Shown: positions 26,239 through 36,784 of the stretch, in pieces
Layout of the letters: each line of letters begins with the position of its first letter
How positions within the stretch are numbered: the first letter of the stretch is position 1
Source: Hyphomicrobiales bacterium
GTDB taxonomy: Bacteria; Pseudomonadota; Alphaproteobacteria; Rhizobiales; JACESI01
Direction of reading: 5' to 3'
Assembly (NCBI GenBank): GCA_039989895.1
Contig: JBDXGY010000002.1
Coordinates: 117,922 to 181,921 of the forward strand
Length of the DNA: 64,000 bases
Notes under the pieces: model-generated
Seen by the model: the letters and a program-made list of their open reading frames with translations, nothing else
Database searches by the model: none
Told to the model about the DNA's origin: nothing
Position numbers and translations under genes: made by a program

Positions 26239-27072
26239 ATGGATATTGAATATCTCAAAAGCTGGATAGGGCGCAAAGAGACAGCGCTTGATCTTATCAC
26301 TGAGGGTTTGCTCGATCGCTTCAACAAAACGCTTTTGCGGGATGAGGTAATAAGTGGTGCACCGACAGCAGGTATTCATTGGTGCTTATCCCCACCCACG
26401 GTTTCTATCAGTGACGTTGGAGAAGATGGGCACCCCAAAAGAGGGGGGTTTCTGCCGCCTGTTCCCTTGGCTTATCGCATGTGGGCATCAGGAAAAATTA
26501 ATTTTCAAAAACCGCTCCCTCTTAATCAACCCGTCAGCCGTTGTTCTGAAATTCTCGATGTTAAATTGAAAGACGGGACTGCAGGCCCGTTGATCTTTGT
26601 TGATGTTGGGCATCAATTCACCTCGGGTGAAGAGGAATATTTATACGAGACGCAAACACTCGTTTATAAGGATAGCAGTGGTGCTGGCACACCAACCATG
26701 CTCGCAGAGCCTGAGATATTGAGCGAGCGAACCCTCTATCCAGATTCGGTGTTGTTGTTTCGCTATTCAGCTCTCACGTTCAACGGACACCGTATTCATT
26801 ATGATTATCCTTATGCGACGAATGATGAGGGCTATCCTGACCTTGTTGTTCATGGCCCGATGATTGCGACTTTTTTGATGCATTTTGCAATTGAGTGTGA
26901 ACCAGGGCGCAGGCTTTTGAGCTTTCAATTTCGTGGGGCAAGTCCTGCTTTTAGTGGGCGTCCCTTGCGATTGATTGCCAGTAAAGCGGATCATGGTTTA
27001 TCGCTTGAGGCGCGAGGGGAGGAGGGGCGATTGATTATGAGGGCCACGGCGGTTTTTTCTGATGACGCATGA
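26239..27072 (+). CDS. MaoC-like/hot-dog fold hydratase (itaconyl-/mesaconyl-CoA hydratase-like)
   Basis: 277-aa ORF. FNGHRIHYDYPYATNDEGYPDLVVHGPM resembles the hydratase motif region of MaoC-like dehydratases. The specific substrate is not determinable. Confidence 0.55.
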   Translation: MDIEYLKSWIGRKETALDLITEGLLDRFNKTLLRDEVISGAPTAGIHWCLSPPTVSISDVGEDGHPKRGGFLPPVPLAYRMWASGKINFQKPLPLNQPVSRCSEILDVKLKDGTAGPLIFVDVGHQFTSGEEEYLYETQTLVYKDSSGAGTPTMLAEPEILSERTLYPDSVLLFRYSALTFNGHRIHYDYPYATNDEGYPDLVVHGPMIATFLMHFAIECEPGRRLLSFQFRGASPAFSGRPLRLIASKADHGLSLEARGEEGRLIMRATAVFSDDA

Positions 27073-28378
27073 CATATCGATAACCGAATCCATCATTCAG
27101 TTGACTAATATGAAACATATTCCCGTTGAAAGCATCGCCGTCATGCGCTTGTCTATGCTTGATTGGTTAGGTGTTGCGTTAGCGGGTAAGGATGAGCCTG
27201 TGAGCCGGAATATTAGAAAATTTGCACTTAGTGAAGCAGGTGCTTCGCAAGCAAGTTTGATAGGTACGCGCCATAAACTTCCCGCTCGCGCTGCCGCCCT
27301 TGTGAATGGCACTACTTCGCACGCGCTTGATTATGATGACACGCATTTTGCCCATATTGGACACCCGAGCGTTGCCATACTACCCGCTGCCTTCGCTATT
27401 GCAGAAATGATCGGAGCAAGTAGACAATCAACTCTTGAGGCCGCATTGGTTGGCTGTGAAGCCAGTTGCCGTATTGGGATGTGGCTTGGGCGTGATCATT
27501 ATCAACATGGGTTTCATCAAACGGCGAGTGCTGGTACTTTTGGAGCCACAATCGCGGCATCAAGGTTGCTTGGCTTATCACATGCGACAATACAACATGC
27601 GCTGGGCCTTGCTAGCACCCGCGCGTCAGGTTTGAAATCCCAATTTGGCACCATGGGCAAACCCTTCCATGCGGGCATGGCAGCATCAAACGGAGTTGAA
27701 GCTGCACTTCTGGCTAAGGGTGGATTTATATCTCAAGTTGATGGATTGGAAGGGCCGCAAGGTTTTGGTCCAACCCATGCTGGTGAAAATAAATCCTTCG
27801 ATGAGCCGCGAAATAGTTTTGTGTTCGATTCTATTCAACATAAATTTCATGCCTGCTGTCATGGCACGCACGCGACATTGGAAGCACTTGATGCGCTCGC
27901 TGCTCAACATACTATCGACTTAAACAAAATCGCGAACATCGAAATCACCGTACATTCTCGCTGGCTGACGGTCTGCGATATTAAAAAGCCGACAACAGGA
28001 CTGGAAGCTAAGTTTAGTTATTGCGTTACGGCGGCCGCGAAACTTGCTGGTTACAACACGGGTGCTTTGGACACATTTTCAGATGAGCTGTGCTCGATGC
28101 CTGAGATTTTAAAAATTGCTGAAAAAGTGATGGTTAAGACGGATGATACCCTACCGGAGACAGCGGCGGGCGTATCTATCCAACTGAATTCAGGCGAAAA
28201 CCTGCGGCGAGATCATGATCTCGATCAGCTGTTAGATTATAAAGTGCGTGAAGAAAAAATTATGAACAAGGTGGGTGCTCTCATAGGGTTTGAGAAAATG
28301 CAGCGAATTTGGGAGCTGCTTAATAGACCTGCATCATATGATCACCCGTTTAACTTGGAAATTTTACTAGGCGCGTAA
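27062..28378 (+). CDS. MmgE/PrpD family protein
   Basis: 438-aa ORF: NGTTSHALDYDDTH, GFHQTASAGTFGA, KPFHAGMAASNG. Overlaps the previous gene by 11 nt. Confidence 0.85.
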   Translation: MTHDISITESIIQLTNMKHIPVESIAVMRLSMLDWLGVALAGKDEPVSRNIRKFALSEAGASQASLIGTRHKLPARAAALVNGTTSHALDYDDTHFAHIGHPSVAILPAAFAIAEMIGASRQSTLEAALVGCEASCRIGMWLGRDHYQHGFHQTASAGTFGATIAASRLLGLSHATIQHALGLASTRASGLKSQFGTMGKPFHAGMAASNGVEAALLAKGGFISQVDGLEGPQGFGPTHAGENKSFDEPRNSFVFDSIQHKFHACCHGTHATLEALDALAAQHTIDLNKIANIEITVHSRWLTVCDIKKPTTGLEAKFSYCVTAAAKLAGYNTGALDTFSDELCSMPEILKIAEKVMVKTDDTLPETAAGVSIQLNSGENLRRDHDLDQLLDYKVREEKIMNKVGALIGFEKMQRIWELLNRPASYDHPFNLEILLGA

Positions 28379-28785
28379 CCGAGCAACGCTTTTAACCGCG
28401 TTTATCGTCAGGGCGGCACCTACGGTTATAGAATTAATAGGTGGTCGCCTATTTTGATGGATAGCCTTTGGGATTGATTCATTTGAACGGTCATTGTTTG
28501 AACGAGATTGATGCAAAAGGCGTCAAATTAATAACCTCGAAACATCAAATCGATCACAAAAAGGTCACTTAGGCCTCAAAATAGAGATTATTTTGCAACA
28601 ACTGCAAATCATTACGCATTTTTTCCTGATCTTTTAATTGTATGTAAACTAACAAATAGCTATCACATGGTTAATGAATGCTTGCACCTGAAAGTTGTAT
28701 TTTCTGATTCGGCGGCAAGAGAAGATTGAATTTGTAAGATCGAAATGATCTATTTTTAATATCAAGATCGTTGTGATCTTGGAAG

Positions 28786-29478
28786 ATGGGCTTGGGATAT
28801 ATGTCAAATACTAAGAAAATTAGCCTACTATCACGCCGTGCTTTTGCTGGTGGTAGTTTAGCATCAGTAGCCGTTTTAGCTGGCTGCCAAACGACGAATT
28901 TAACAGCTCAAGGACCGGCAGTAGTCGGTTCAAAGAGATATCATGCGCTTGCATATGCGGCAAAACCAGATGAAAAATTCCCGTTACCACTGATTGATAC
29001 GGGGAAAATAGATCCGAAGTTACTGCGTCAGCGCGTCGATTATAAGACGAAGGAAAAACCTGGAACTGTTGTTGTGGAGCCGCATAACCACTACCTTTAT
29101 CTCGTGGAAGCCAATGGAAAAGCGTTGCGTTATGGCGTTGGTGTTGGCCGCGCAGGGTTTGGATGGTCAGGACGTGCACGCATAGGTTTTAAACGTGAAT
29201 GGCCAACTTGGACACCGCCTGCTGCGATGATCCGCCGTGAGCCTCAGTTGAAAAAATGGGCTAAAGGCATGCCGCCAAGCTTAACAAATCCACTTGGTGC
29301 GCGGGCGCTCTATATCTACCAAGGTGGTCGCGACACATTGTATCGCATCCATGGTACAAACAGCCCAAGCAGCATCGGCAAATCACTTTCAAGCGGCTGT
29401 ATCCGACTATGGAATCAGGACATTGTTGACCTTTACAAGCGTGTTAATGTTGGAGCACGTCTCGTTGTGATTGGTTGA
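28786..29478 (+). CDS. L,D-transpeptidase (YkuD domain), probable lipoprotein
   Basis: Lipobox-like LAGCQ. YkuD catalytic region YRIHGTNSPSSIGKSLSSGCIRLWN. The start could alternatively be the ATG at 28801. Confidence 0.85.
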   Translation: MGLGYMSNTKKISLLSRRAFAGGSLASVAVLAGCQTTNLTAQGPAVVGSKRYHALAYAAKPDEKFPLPLIDTGKIDPKLLRQRVDYKTKEKPGTVVVEPHNHYLYLVEANGKALRYGVGVGRAGFGWSGRARIGFKREWPTWTPPAAMIRREPQLKKWAKGMPPSLTNPLGARALYIYQGGRDTLYRIHGTNSPSSIGKSLSSGCIRLWNQDIVDLYKRVNVGARLVVIG

Positions 29479-29500
29479 TCTCATACGATATTAAAATTAA

Positions 29501-29537
29501 AAACCACCGGACAGAATACTATCCGGTGGTTTTTTTA
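29501..29537. terminator. Bidirectional rho-independent terminator between convergent genes
   Basis: aaaaaccaccgga cagaatacta tccggtggttttttt: a 9-bp GC-rich stem flanked by an A-run and a T-run. Confidence 0.8.
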
Positions 29538-29560
29538 TGGGGAAACGACTCTTGTCACTC

Positions 29561-31237
29561 TTAAAAGAGTTTGAATCGTTTTCGGGTAGGTTCGGCTTCT
29601 TTGGTGCCGGGATCATCAATTGCGCCTTGAGTGATGGGGTCGTCTCCAACGTCTTTTACATTATCTGAGGCGGATTGATCATCAGCAATAACCTCGACTT
29701 TTGGAGCGTCTTCATTGGCTGATTTAGATGCCACATCCGTTTCATTCTCGTCACTTACAACTTCACTGTCGGCAGGTGAGGGGTCATCACTCTCAGCCAA
29801 ATCATCTGTTTGCTCGCTTAGAATTGTTACATTGTCTTCATTGATGGTCGTGGCAAGCGTCGCAGCACTTTCGGCAATAGTAACGACAGGCAATTCACGC
29901 GGTCCTTCCGGTATTTCTTCCAATAGTAAATCGCGATCTTCACCAAGATTTTCAACGGGCACGCGCCACTCGTAAGCATCTAGCTCGCCAGAAATAGGTG
30001 AAATTGGCGCCCATTCATCTGCTATATATCCATCGGCTGTCCATACAGCATCGCGCTGTGCGTGTACGGCACGAGACAACCATTCGCGCACACGGCCCCG
30101 ATCTCCATATTGGCCCTCTTCCACTTCGGACATCATCAGGCAAACACGTTCTGTTGGTGCAGAGTTCAATAAACTTGCAAGGGTCAGCCTTGCGCCATCC
30201 CAATCTTGCACGTCCATTTTTGCGCGGGCAACACCCATCAATCCTTCTGCATGGTTAGGTCGTAGATTGCTCAAGGTTTCGGCTCGTTTGAGACGATCTA
30301 TCCCTGAATCTCCTGAACGAACATGCGTATAAGCGTCCATTAATTCTGGATGCGGTGTTAACTTCCAACATGTTTCCACCACCTTTGTCGCTTTGCGTAA
30401 TTCGCTTAATCTGGCTAGAACCCGCGACGCGGTTGCAGCCGCTGGCACGAAGTCTGGAGCGAGACGATGCGCTTCCAAGGCTTGTGATTTGGCTTTTTGT
30501 GGATTGCTTGTTTCAAGCTGAAGTGCTGAGGCTGTAAGTAAAACCGCGCGAAGACGTTTTGCTTCTTTCTTGTCATATAATTTTGCGTCTGCATTTTGAT
30601 CGAGGGTTATCAACGCACCGTCCCAATCACCATCGGCAGCCTGCATTGATAGAAGCGCTTTACCCGACCATTCAAGACCTGGTTGTTCGGTAACGGCTTG
30701 CTCGACTAGAAGGCGAGCAGCTTCTTTCTGACCTGTTGTTTCGGCTTCCATATAAAGCCCTCGCAGACCGAGAACCTTGGTTTCAGGTTTGGCCAGCATC
30801 GTCTCAAAAGCTTGTCGTGCGACATCTTGTTTGCCATCCATTTGTGCGGTCTGAGCTGTTAATAGCCCCGCGACCGGTTCTTCTGGCAAGTATTTATTGG
30901 ATTGTTTAGCGGCGCGTCTCGCGGCAGAGATGTCACCTGCCCCAACGGCAATGACGCCATCAGCGATTGCTCGCCATCCTTTTTCTCGACGACGGTTTTT
31001 GAAGAAACTGCCAATATTGCCCGGCGTCTTCCACACCATCGTAATGATAATCCAGATGAAGATAATTGCGAGTAAAATAGCAAAGGCGATGGCGGCGATG
31101 ACGGCAAGATTTTCTTCCGCAAACTCCAATCCGCCAAATTTTAAGATAAGCAAGCTTCCAGGTTGGTCAGCAAGCCATGCAAAGCCTGCAGCCATGAGGA
31201 ATACAATGATGAGAAAAATGATTAAACCAAACATCAA
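29561..31237 (-). CDS. hemY: HemY-N domain / TPR inner-membrane protein
   Basis: 558-aa ORF with two N-terminal TM helices, TPR-like repeats and an acidic C-terminal tail. Lies in a hemC-hemD context. Confidence 0.7.
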   Translation of the reverse strand: MMFGLIIFLIIVFLMAAGFAWLADQPGSLLILKFGGLEFAEENLAVIAAIAFAILLAIIFIWIIITMVWKTPGNIGSFFKNRRREKGWRAIADGVIAVGAGDISAARRAAKQSNKYLPEEPVAGLLTAQTAQMDGKQDVARQAFETMLAKPETKVLGLRGLYMEAETTGQKEAARLLVEQAVTEQPGLEWSGKALLSMQAADGDWDGALITLDQNADAKLYDKKEAKRLRAVLLTASALQLETSNPQKAKSQALEAHRLAPDFVPAAATASRVLARLSELRKATKVVETCWKLTPHPELMDAYTHVRSGDSGIDRLKRAETLSNLRPNHAEGLMGVARAKMDVQDWDGARLTLASLLNSAPTERVCLMMSEVEEGQYGDRGRVREWLSRAVHAQRDAVWTADGYIADEWAPISPISGELDAYEWRVPVENLGEDRDLLLEEIPEGPRELPVVTIAESAATLATTINEDNVTILSEQTDDLAESDDPSPADSEVVSDENETDVASKSANEDAPKVEVIADDQSASDNVKDVGDDPITQGAIDDPGTKEAEPTRKRFKLF

Positions 31238-31245
31238 AAAATTCC

Positions 31246-32826
31246 TTATTTCGTTTTATTGTCGGAAGAAGCAGGCTCATCTGAACCTTGAGGGGGAGGA
31301 CTTTTCTCCGCCTTTTCTTGCGTTAAATGAAGTGTCTTGAGAGATAGACGTGCTTGCCAGTTGGTTACCCAATTTGAAAACAACTCTTTTTGTCCATCTT
31401 CTAGGGCATCCATGGCTTTCTTAAATGCTTCAGGATTGCTCGCGCCAAATGCTTCTTGCATGTCACTCAGTGCACCTTCAGCGGGTGTGTTGTTCGCGTC
31501 CACTTTTCTAATTTTGATGACAGACCGTGCGTTACTCAATAATTTTTCAAGAGCTGATTGAGGTGCTTCAGTGGTTTGTGCAACTGGCTCGGCTCGTGCT
31601 GTGGCCGTGCCGATCAGCTCATCAAGTTGTGTTTTCAGGGTGCCTGTATCAGGCAAGCCTTGATCAGCATAGGGTTCAATCAGCGCTATGCTTTGCGATG
31701 GGAAACCTGTCGTTTTCAATGCTTGAAGCGCTTCAGCAAATGGTGCTCCTGATTGAGCAACATGCTTTAGGTTATCAAGCGCGACGGTTTGCGCAACGTT
31801 GCGCAGTACATTGCTTGAGTCACTTTGTTTGGCGAGCGATTTTTCTGTGGTGTCTACTTTCTTCGAGAGTGCAGAAAGTTGTGAAACAAATTCAGTACTG
31901 TTGCCTTTTAAAACGTCAAATTCTGATTTTAGCGTTTCCAGCTTTGCGGATAACCCAGTAATAATACCTTTGGTCTCTTCGCTCGTCGTTTGTCCTTCGC
32001 CACTATTTTCTGTTGCAGCACTTAGGCGCGTCTCGATCGCGGCTAGACGGTCGGACAAACCAGCTGGTACCGCACTGGCGATGGCCGCCGTCACTTCTTT
32101 TGAATTCGTTGGTCTTGATGCTTCCATCTGGGAGAGGCGTGTTTCAAGTGCGGTTAATCGTGCCGCCACTTCTTCAGGGATATTTGGTGTATCAAGTGCT
32201 GTTTCAACGGAGCCAATGCGCTTTGCGAGGCCTTCGATTTGAGTTGGGTCGATACCTTCTGGCGTCGGCAAATTTTCGACAATGGCGAGGCGTTGTTCAA
32301 GAGCATCTAAAGCAGGCGCATCAGATGTGGCGGTCATAGAGGGGATCAATCCTGCAAACTGTAACAGGAGAAAGCCAAGTATCGCGATTACGCCGCCAAT
32401 GATCGCAGATATCAGAGTTTTGAAAATCCCGTTGTTATTTTTCGCGGGCGTTTTGTCCTCACTTGGTTTTGCAGATGTGGTGCGTGTCTTGGCTGTTGAC
32501 GGTTCGTTTGTGTTGGTAGACGCCTTTGATGTTGTCGTATTTTTTGGCGAGGTTGACCCAATCACTGATGGCGATGGTTTAGTTGATTGAGTGGGGCTGG
32601 TTTTTGTTTCTGCTTTTTTGCTTGTAGATGCCGCCGCTGGTTTTGTGCTCGTTGTCTTAGATTTTGTCGTCACATCTTTGGCTTCAAGATCTATGGTGAC
32701 GTTTTTCTTTGCATTGCGTGCACGCGCACGGGCGCTCTGCCTTGTTCCTCGCTTTGTCCCTGACGACTTCGAGCCTTGTGTATTTTGAGGTTTGTCATCA
32801 TTACCATTAGACGTCATTATAAGCAC
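31246..32826 (-). CDS. Mitofilin/Mic60-like membrane protein (alphaproteobacterial Mic60 homologue candidate)
   Basis: 526-aa ORF with an S/T/K/P-rich N-terminus, one TM helix (IFKTLISAIIGGVIAILGFLLLQFAGLI), a long coiled-coil region and a C-terminal conserved block. The position between hemD and hemY matches published alphaMic60 synteny. Confidence 0.55.
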   Translation of the reverse strand: MLIMTSNGNDDKPQNTQGSKSSGTKRGTRQSARARARNAKKNVTIDLEAKDVTTKSKTTSTKPAAASTSKKAETKTSPTQSTKPSPSVIGSTSPKNTTTSKASTNTNEPSTAKTRTTSAKPSEDKTPAKNNNGIFKTLISAIIGGVIAILGFLLLQFAGLIPSMTATSDAPALDALEQRLAIVENLPTPEGIDPTQIEGLAKRIGSVETALDTPNIPEEVAARLTALETRLSQMEASRPTNSKEVTAAIASAVPAGLSDRLAAIETRLSAATENSGEGQTTSEETKGIITGLSAKLETLKSEFDVLKGNSTEFVSQLSALSKKVDTTEKSLAKQSDSSNVLRNVAQTVALDNLKHVAQSGAPFAEALQALKTTGFPSQSIALIEPYADQGLPDTGTLKTQLDELIGTATARAEPVAQTTEAPQSALEKLLSNARSVIKIRKVDANNTPAEGALSDMQEAFGASNPEAFKKAMDALEDGQKELFSNWVTNWQARLSLKTLHLTQEKAEKSPPPQGSDEPASSDNKTK

Positions 32827-32871
32827 TCACTTCTTAGTAGGCTCAGCACAAAAGGCCGAACCAGTCAGCAT

Positions 32872-33594
32872 TCAATTTCGATACCTCTTTGCGGAGGCTT
32901 CAATGGCATCACACAAAGATTGCTCATTAGGACGCTCCGCAACCACAGCGTGTATCCCAATATTTCTATCCAGCACAGATGATATGGCTTTTGCAAGGCA
33001 GAAATGTGTTATTTGTTTAGTTGAATAACTAACTATTTGCTGTTTCATGAGAAGAATAAAGGCTTCTGCTGATCTTGCTGAATAATGAAGTACACCGTCT
33101 ATGGTTTGTTTTTCAAACGCGTTTATTGCTTCCTTCGTGAGGGATGTGGCAAAATCTGCGTGATAACGTTCCGCTATTTCAACGGGAATGCCTCGTGTTT
33201 GAAGTTTAGTGTCAAGCTCGCTTTTTCTGTCACGGCCACAAATATAGAGTGTGCTGGCTGGTTTTTTGTCTGCAATTAAAGAAGCAAGATCATCGACGGC
33301 ACCAGATGCTGAAATTATATTCTTAAATTTGGCTTCTTTTGCAAGTGCTGCTGTTGCATCGCCGACGGTAAATAAAGTTGCGTTTGTCCGCATTTCATCC
33401 GTGGAAAGCGTTGAAAGTGCTCTTATTCCGTTGCGGCTTGTAACCACAAGGCCCATGTCTTGATGCCATGAGAGAGGGTTGTTTGAAAAAGTCACATTTA
33501 AAACGGAGCTGACAATTACCTCGTGACCAAGCTGACGCAATCTGTCAGCAGAAATACTGGCATCTGGTTGTGGTCGTGTCATCAAAAGGCGCAT
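32872..33594 (-). CDS. hemD: Uroporphyrinogen-III synthase
   Basis: 240-aa ORF (MRLLMTRPQPDA...VVTSRNGIRAL...) immediately downstream of hemC. Confidence 0.75.
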   Translation of the reverse strand: MRLLMTRPQPDASISADRLRQLGHEVIVSSVLNVTFSNNPLSWHQDMGLVVTSRNGIRALSTLSTDEMRTNATLFTVGDATAALAKEAKFKNIISASGAVDDLASLIADKKPASTLYICGRDRKSELDTKLQTRGIPVEIAERYHADFATSLTKEAINAFEKQTIDGVLHYSARSAEAFILLMKQQIVSYSTKQITHFCLAKAISSVLDRNIGIHAVVAERPNEQSLCDAIEASAKRYRN

Positions 33595-33606
33595 GGCCGT
33601 TCTCGC

Positions 33607-34566
33607 TTATCGCTGATGCAGGCTTTCCAGAAAGTCTGCACTCAGTCGTGACTTTAACCGTAAGCCTGCCTCTTCACCAATAGCAATCGCATCATCAATG
33701 TTGCCAACGCCCTCAATGTCGAAGCTTTCGCTGCCATCGGGTCGCAGGACCTCGCCTTTGAAAATAAGCTTACCGCTGTCAATTTTAGCAATGCCAGCAA
33801 TGGGCGTGCGGCACGAGCCATCCAAGACTTTCAAAAATGCCCGCTCGGCATGGATTGCCGCTGCGGTAATGCTATCATGCAATGGCATAATGAAATCATG
33901 GGTTGTATCATCGCCGCCCCGCGTTTCAATGCCAATGGCACCTTGGGCGCAGGCAGGAAGGAAAATATCTGGGTCGAGATAGTCCGCAATAATATCCGTC
34001 ATTTTAAGCCGGCTCAAACCAGCGGCCGCCAATAAAGTCGCATCGGCTTGCCCTTCATTCAGCTTGCGCAGACGTGTTTGTACATTGCCGCGAAAAATAA
34101 TGACATTGAAGTCTGAGCGAAAGCGTTTCAGTTGCGCTTGTCTGCGCAAGGAAGCAGAACCAATCGTGGCGCCATGGGATAGCGCGCCAAGGTTTTCCGC
34201 CTCATTGGAAATAAAAGCATCGCGCACATCTTCGCGCTCTAAGAACACATCAAGCACCAATCCATCAGGCAGCACTGTCGGCATGTCTTTTGATGAATGA
34301 ACGGCAATATCAATCTCACCCTCTATTAGGGCTTGTTCTATTTCTTTCGTGAAAAGTCCTTTGCCGCCAATTTCTGAGAGAGGGCGGTCCTGCACGATAT
34401 CGCCGGTCGTTTTTATGAGCTTGATAGAGATCGCATTTGCATCCAGTCCATGAGCGCGCATTAGGAGGTTTTTCACCTCATGTGCTTGTACTAAGGCGAG
34501 ATCACTGCCGCGCGTGCCAATTTTGATTGGATTTTCATTGGAGAAGAGATGAGGTTTCATTTGCAA
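33607..34566 (-). CDS. hemC: Hydroxymethylbilane synthase (porphobilinogen deaminase)
   Basis: 319-aa ORF: IGTRGSDLALVQA, AVHSSKDMP, GNVQTRLRKL, LDGSCRTPIAG. Confidence 0.95.
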   Translation of the reverse strand: MQMKPHLFSNENPIKIGTRGSDLALVQAHEVKNLLMRAHGLDANAISIKLIKTTGDIVQDRPLSEIGGKGLFTKEIEQALIEGEIDIAVHSSKDMPTVLPDGLVLDVFLEREDVRDAFISNEAENLGALSHGATIGSASLRRQAQLKRFRSDFNVIIFRGNVQTRLRKLNEGQADATLLAAAGLSRLKMTDIIADYLDPDIFLPACAQGAIGIETRGGDDTTHDFIMPLHDSITAAAIHAERAFLKVLDGSCRTPIAGIAKIDSGKLIFKGEVLRPDGSESFDIEGVGNIDDAIAIGEEAGLRLKSRLSADFLESLHQR

Positions 34567-34641
34567 AAAGTTCTGCTCAGGTGATAGTCGAAGATAGAAT
34601 GCCGCACCTTACCCATTTATCGCTCTGGTTCAACGTCTGTC

Positions 34642-35778
34642 ATGATAGAAAATAAAAACCAAAGAACGAATGTTGCCTCAAGCGCCACGCCGAGTGAGCG
34701 CCTTGTGCTAGCGCTTGAATCAAGTTGTGATGAAACCTCGGCAAGTGTTGTGCGCTGGATTGGTGATGGTGAAGGCGAAATTTTATCCAATATTGTGTAT
34801 AGTCAAATTGATGAACATGCGGCTTATGGTGGTGTAGTGCCAGAAATTGCTGCACGCGCCCATGTTGATGCGATGGACGGCATTGTTCGCGCGGCAATGA
34901 GTGAGGCAGAATTGGAAGCCAATGATGTGGATGCTATTGCTGCTACTTGTGGCCCGGGATTAAACGGCGGACTGCTTGTTGCTACAATGACAGCTAAGGT
35001 GATGGCCAAAGCACTCGGCAAGCCTTTTTATCCTGTCAATCATTTGGAAGGTCACGCCCTTACCGCCCGCCTAACCGATGGCATTGCCTTTCCTTATTTG
35101 TTGCTTTTGGTCTCTGGTGGGCATACTCAAATTTTGATTGTCCACGGTGTAGGGCATTATCGCAGGCTGGCCACGACAATTGATGATGCATTAGGGGAGG
35201 CCTTCGATAAGACTGCAAAAATGCTGAGTCTTGATCATCCCGGCGGTCCAGCCGTTGAGAAAGCCGCATTAAGGGGGGATGCAGAACGATTTAAGTTTCC
35301 TCGTCCGATGCAAAACCATGAAACGCTTAATTTGTCTCTTTCAGGTTTAAAAACGGCTGTGCGACTGGCGGCAGAAAAAGCGGCGCCTTTAGATAACCAA
35401 GATGTTGCCGATATTTGTGCTTCGTTTCAGGCTGCTGTGGCGGATGTTTTAGAAAACCGTGTTGCGCGAGCCTTCATACATTTTAGAGATGAGTTTCCAG
35501 ATCTTAAAAGTCCCACGATGGTTGTAGCTGGAGGTGTGGCAGCAAATAAAATGATTGCTGAGCGCCTTAGACTGATATGTGAAAAAGAAAACTGGGCGCT
35601 CTCAACACCACCTCTTGCGCTTTGCACAGATAATGCCGCGATGATTGCATGGGCTGCTGCTGAGCATATTGCTATTGGCAATGAGGGTGATATGGACTTT
35701 ACACCACGCCCGCGCTGGCCCCTTGATACAATGAGTGAGGCACTGGTAGGACACGGCAAACGAGGGGCAAAAGTTTGA
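34642..35778 (+). CDS. tsaD: tRNA N6-adenosine threonylcarbamoyltransferase
   Basis: 378-aa ORF: [42 protein letters not shown]. Confidence 0.95.
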   Translation: MIENKNQRTNVASSATPSERLVLALESSCDETSASVVRWIGDGEGEILSNIVYSQIDEHAAYGGVVPEIAARAHVDAMDGIVRAAMSEAELEANDVDAIAATCGPGLNGGLLVATMTAKVMAKALGKPFYPVNHLEGHALTARLTDGIAFPYLLLLVSGGHTQILIVHGVGHYRRLATTIDDALGEAFDKTAKMLSLDHPGGPAVEKAALRGDAERFKFPRPMQNHETLNLSLSGLKTAVRLAAEKAAPLDNQDVADICASFQAAVADVLENRVARAFIHFRDEFPDLKSPTMVVAGGVAANKMIAERLRLICEKENWALSTPPLALCTDNAAMIAWAAAEHIAIGNEGDMDFTPRPRWPLDTMSEALVGHGKRGAKV

Positions 35779-36752
35779 CTGATATTTCTGTTATTGGGGG
35801 CGGCGCATGGGGGACAGCTCTTGCCGCCAGTATCGCGCGTAAAGGTCAAAACCCCACTTTGTGGGCGCGTGACACCAGTGTTATTGAAGATATACGCCAA
35901 CAAAACCAAAATATAAAATTTTTAGAAGGCATTCCACTTCCGGCGGGTATTCAGCCGACAGCAGACCCTGCTGACATGGCTGGAGCTGATATTTTACTTG
36001 TGGTTATTCCAGCACAGGCAATTAGAAGCATCCTTGAGAAATTTCGTGAGATAATTAAACCAACTGCAACATTGGTTCTTTGTGCTAAGGGAATTGAAAG
36101 CACCACAGGCAAGCGCGTTAGCGAGATCACGCGCGAAGTTATGCCGAATAATCCTATTGCTGTGCTGTCAGGCCCAAGTTTTGCCGATGATGTTGCTCGT
36201 GGCTTACCAACGGCGGTTACATTGGCGGCCCCTAGCCTTGAGGTGGCAGCTAGGCTTGCTGAAGCTATTTCAAGCCCAGCATTACGGCTTTACGCATCAA
36301 ATGATATAATCGGTGTGGAGCTTGGTGGCGCTCTCAAGAACATTATTGCCCTTGCCATTGGTATTGCACGCGCAAAAAAGCTTGGCGCTAGTGCAGAGGC
36401 AGCCCTTACAACGCGCGGCTTTGCGGAGCTTGCGCGCATCGCACAATATTTCGGCGCACAGCCGGAGACATTAATGGGTCTGTCATGTCTCGGCGATTTG
36501 ATGCTCACATGTTCAAGCCCACAATCGCGCAATTTTGCCTATGGTATGGCTATGGGTGCGGGGGATAACTTGAGTTCTATGAAGCTCGCAGAAGGGGTGC
36601 ACACGACTGGCATTGCAGCTCAGTTATGCCGCGATGCCAATATAGATGCGCCAATTATCGACGCAGTTGACAGTGTTCTATCTCAAAAAATAGATATTAC
36701 TGAAGCAATGACGCAACTTCTTTCCCGTCCTTTGAAAGTAGAAACCATTTAA
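35775..36752 (+). CDS. gpsA: NAD(P)H-dependent glycerol-3-phosphate dehydrogenase
   Basis: 325-aa ORF: [34 protein letters not shown]. Overlaps tsaD by 4 nt. Confidence 0.95.
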   Translation: MTDISVIGGGAWGTALAASIARKGQNPTLWARDTSVIEDIRQQNQNIKFLEGIPLPAGIQPTADPADMAGADILLVVIPAQAIRSILEKFREIIKPTATLVLCAKGIESTTGKRVSEITREVMPNNPIAVLSGPSFADDVARGLPTAVTLAAPSLEVAARLAEAISSPALRLYASNDIIGVELGGALKNIIALAIGIARAKKLGASAEAALTTRGFAELARIAQYFGAQPETLMGLSCLGDLMLTCSSPQSRNFAYGMAMGAGDNLSSMKLAEGVHTTGIAAQLCRDANIDAPIIDAVDSVLSQKIDITEAMTQLLSRPLKVETI

Positions 36753-36784
36753 AATAGGCTCATCAAACTGTCTTGGAGCTCAAA

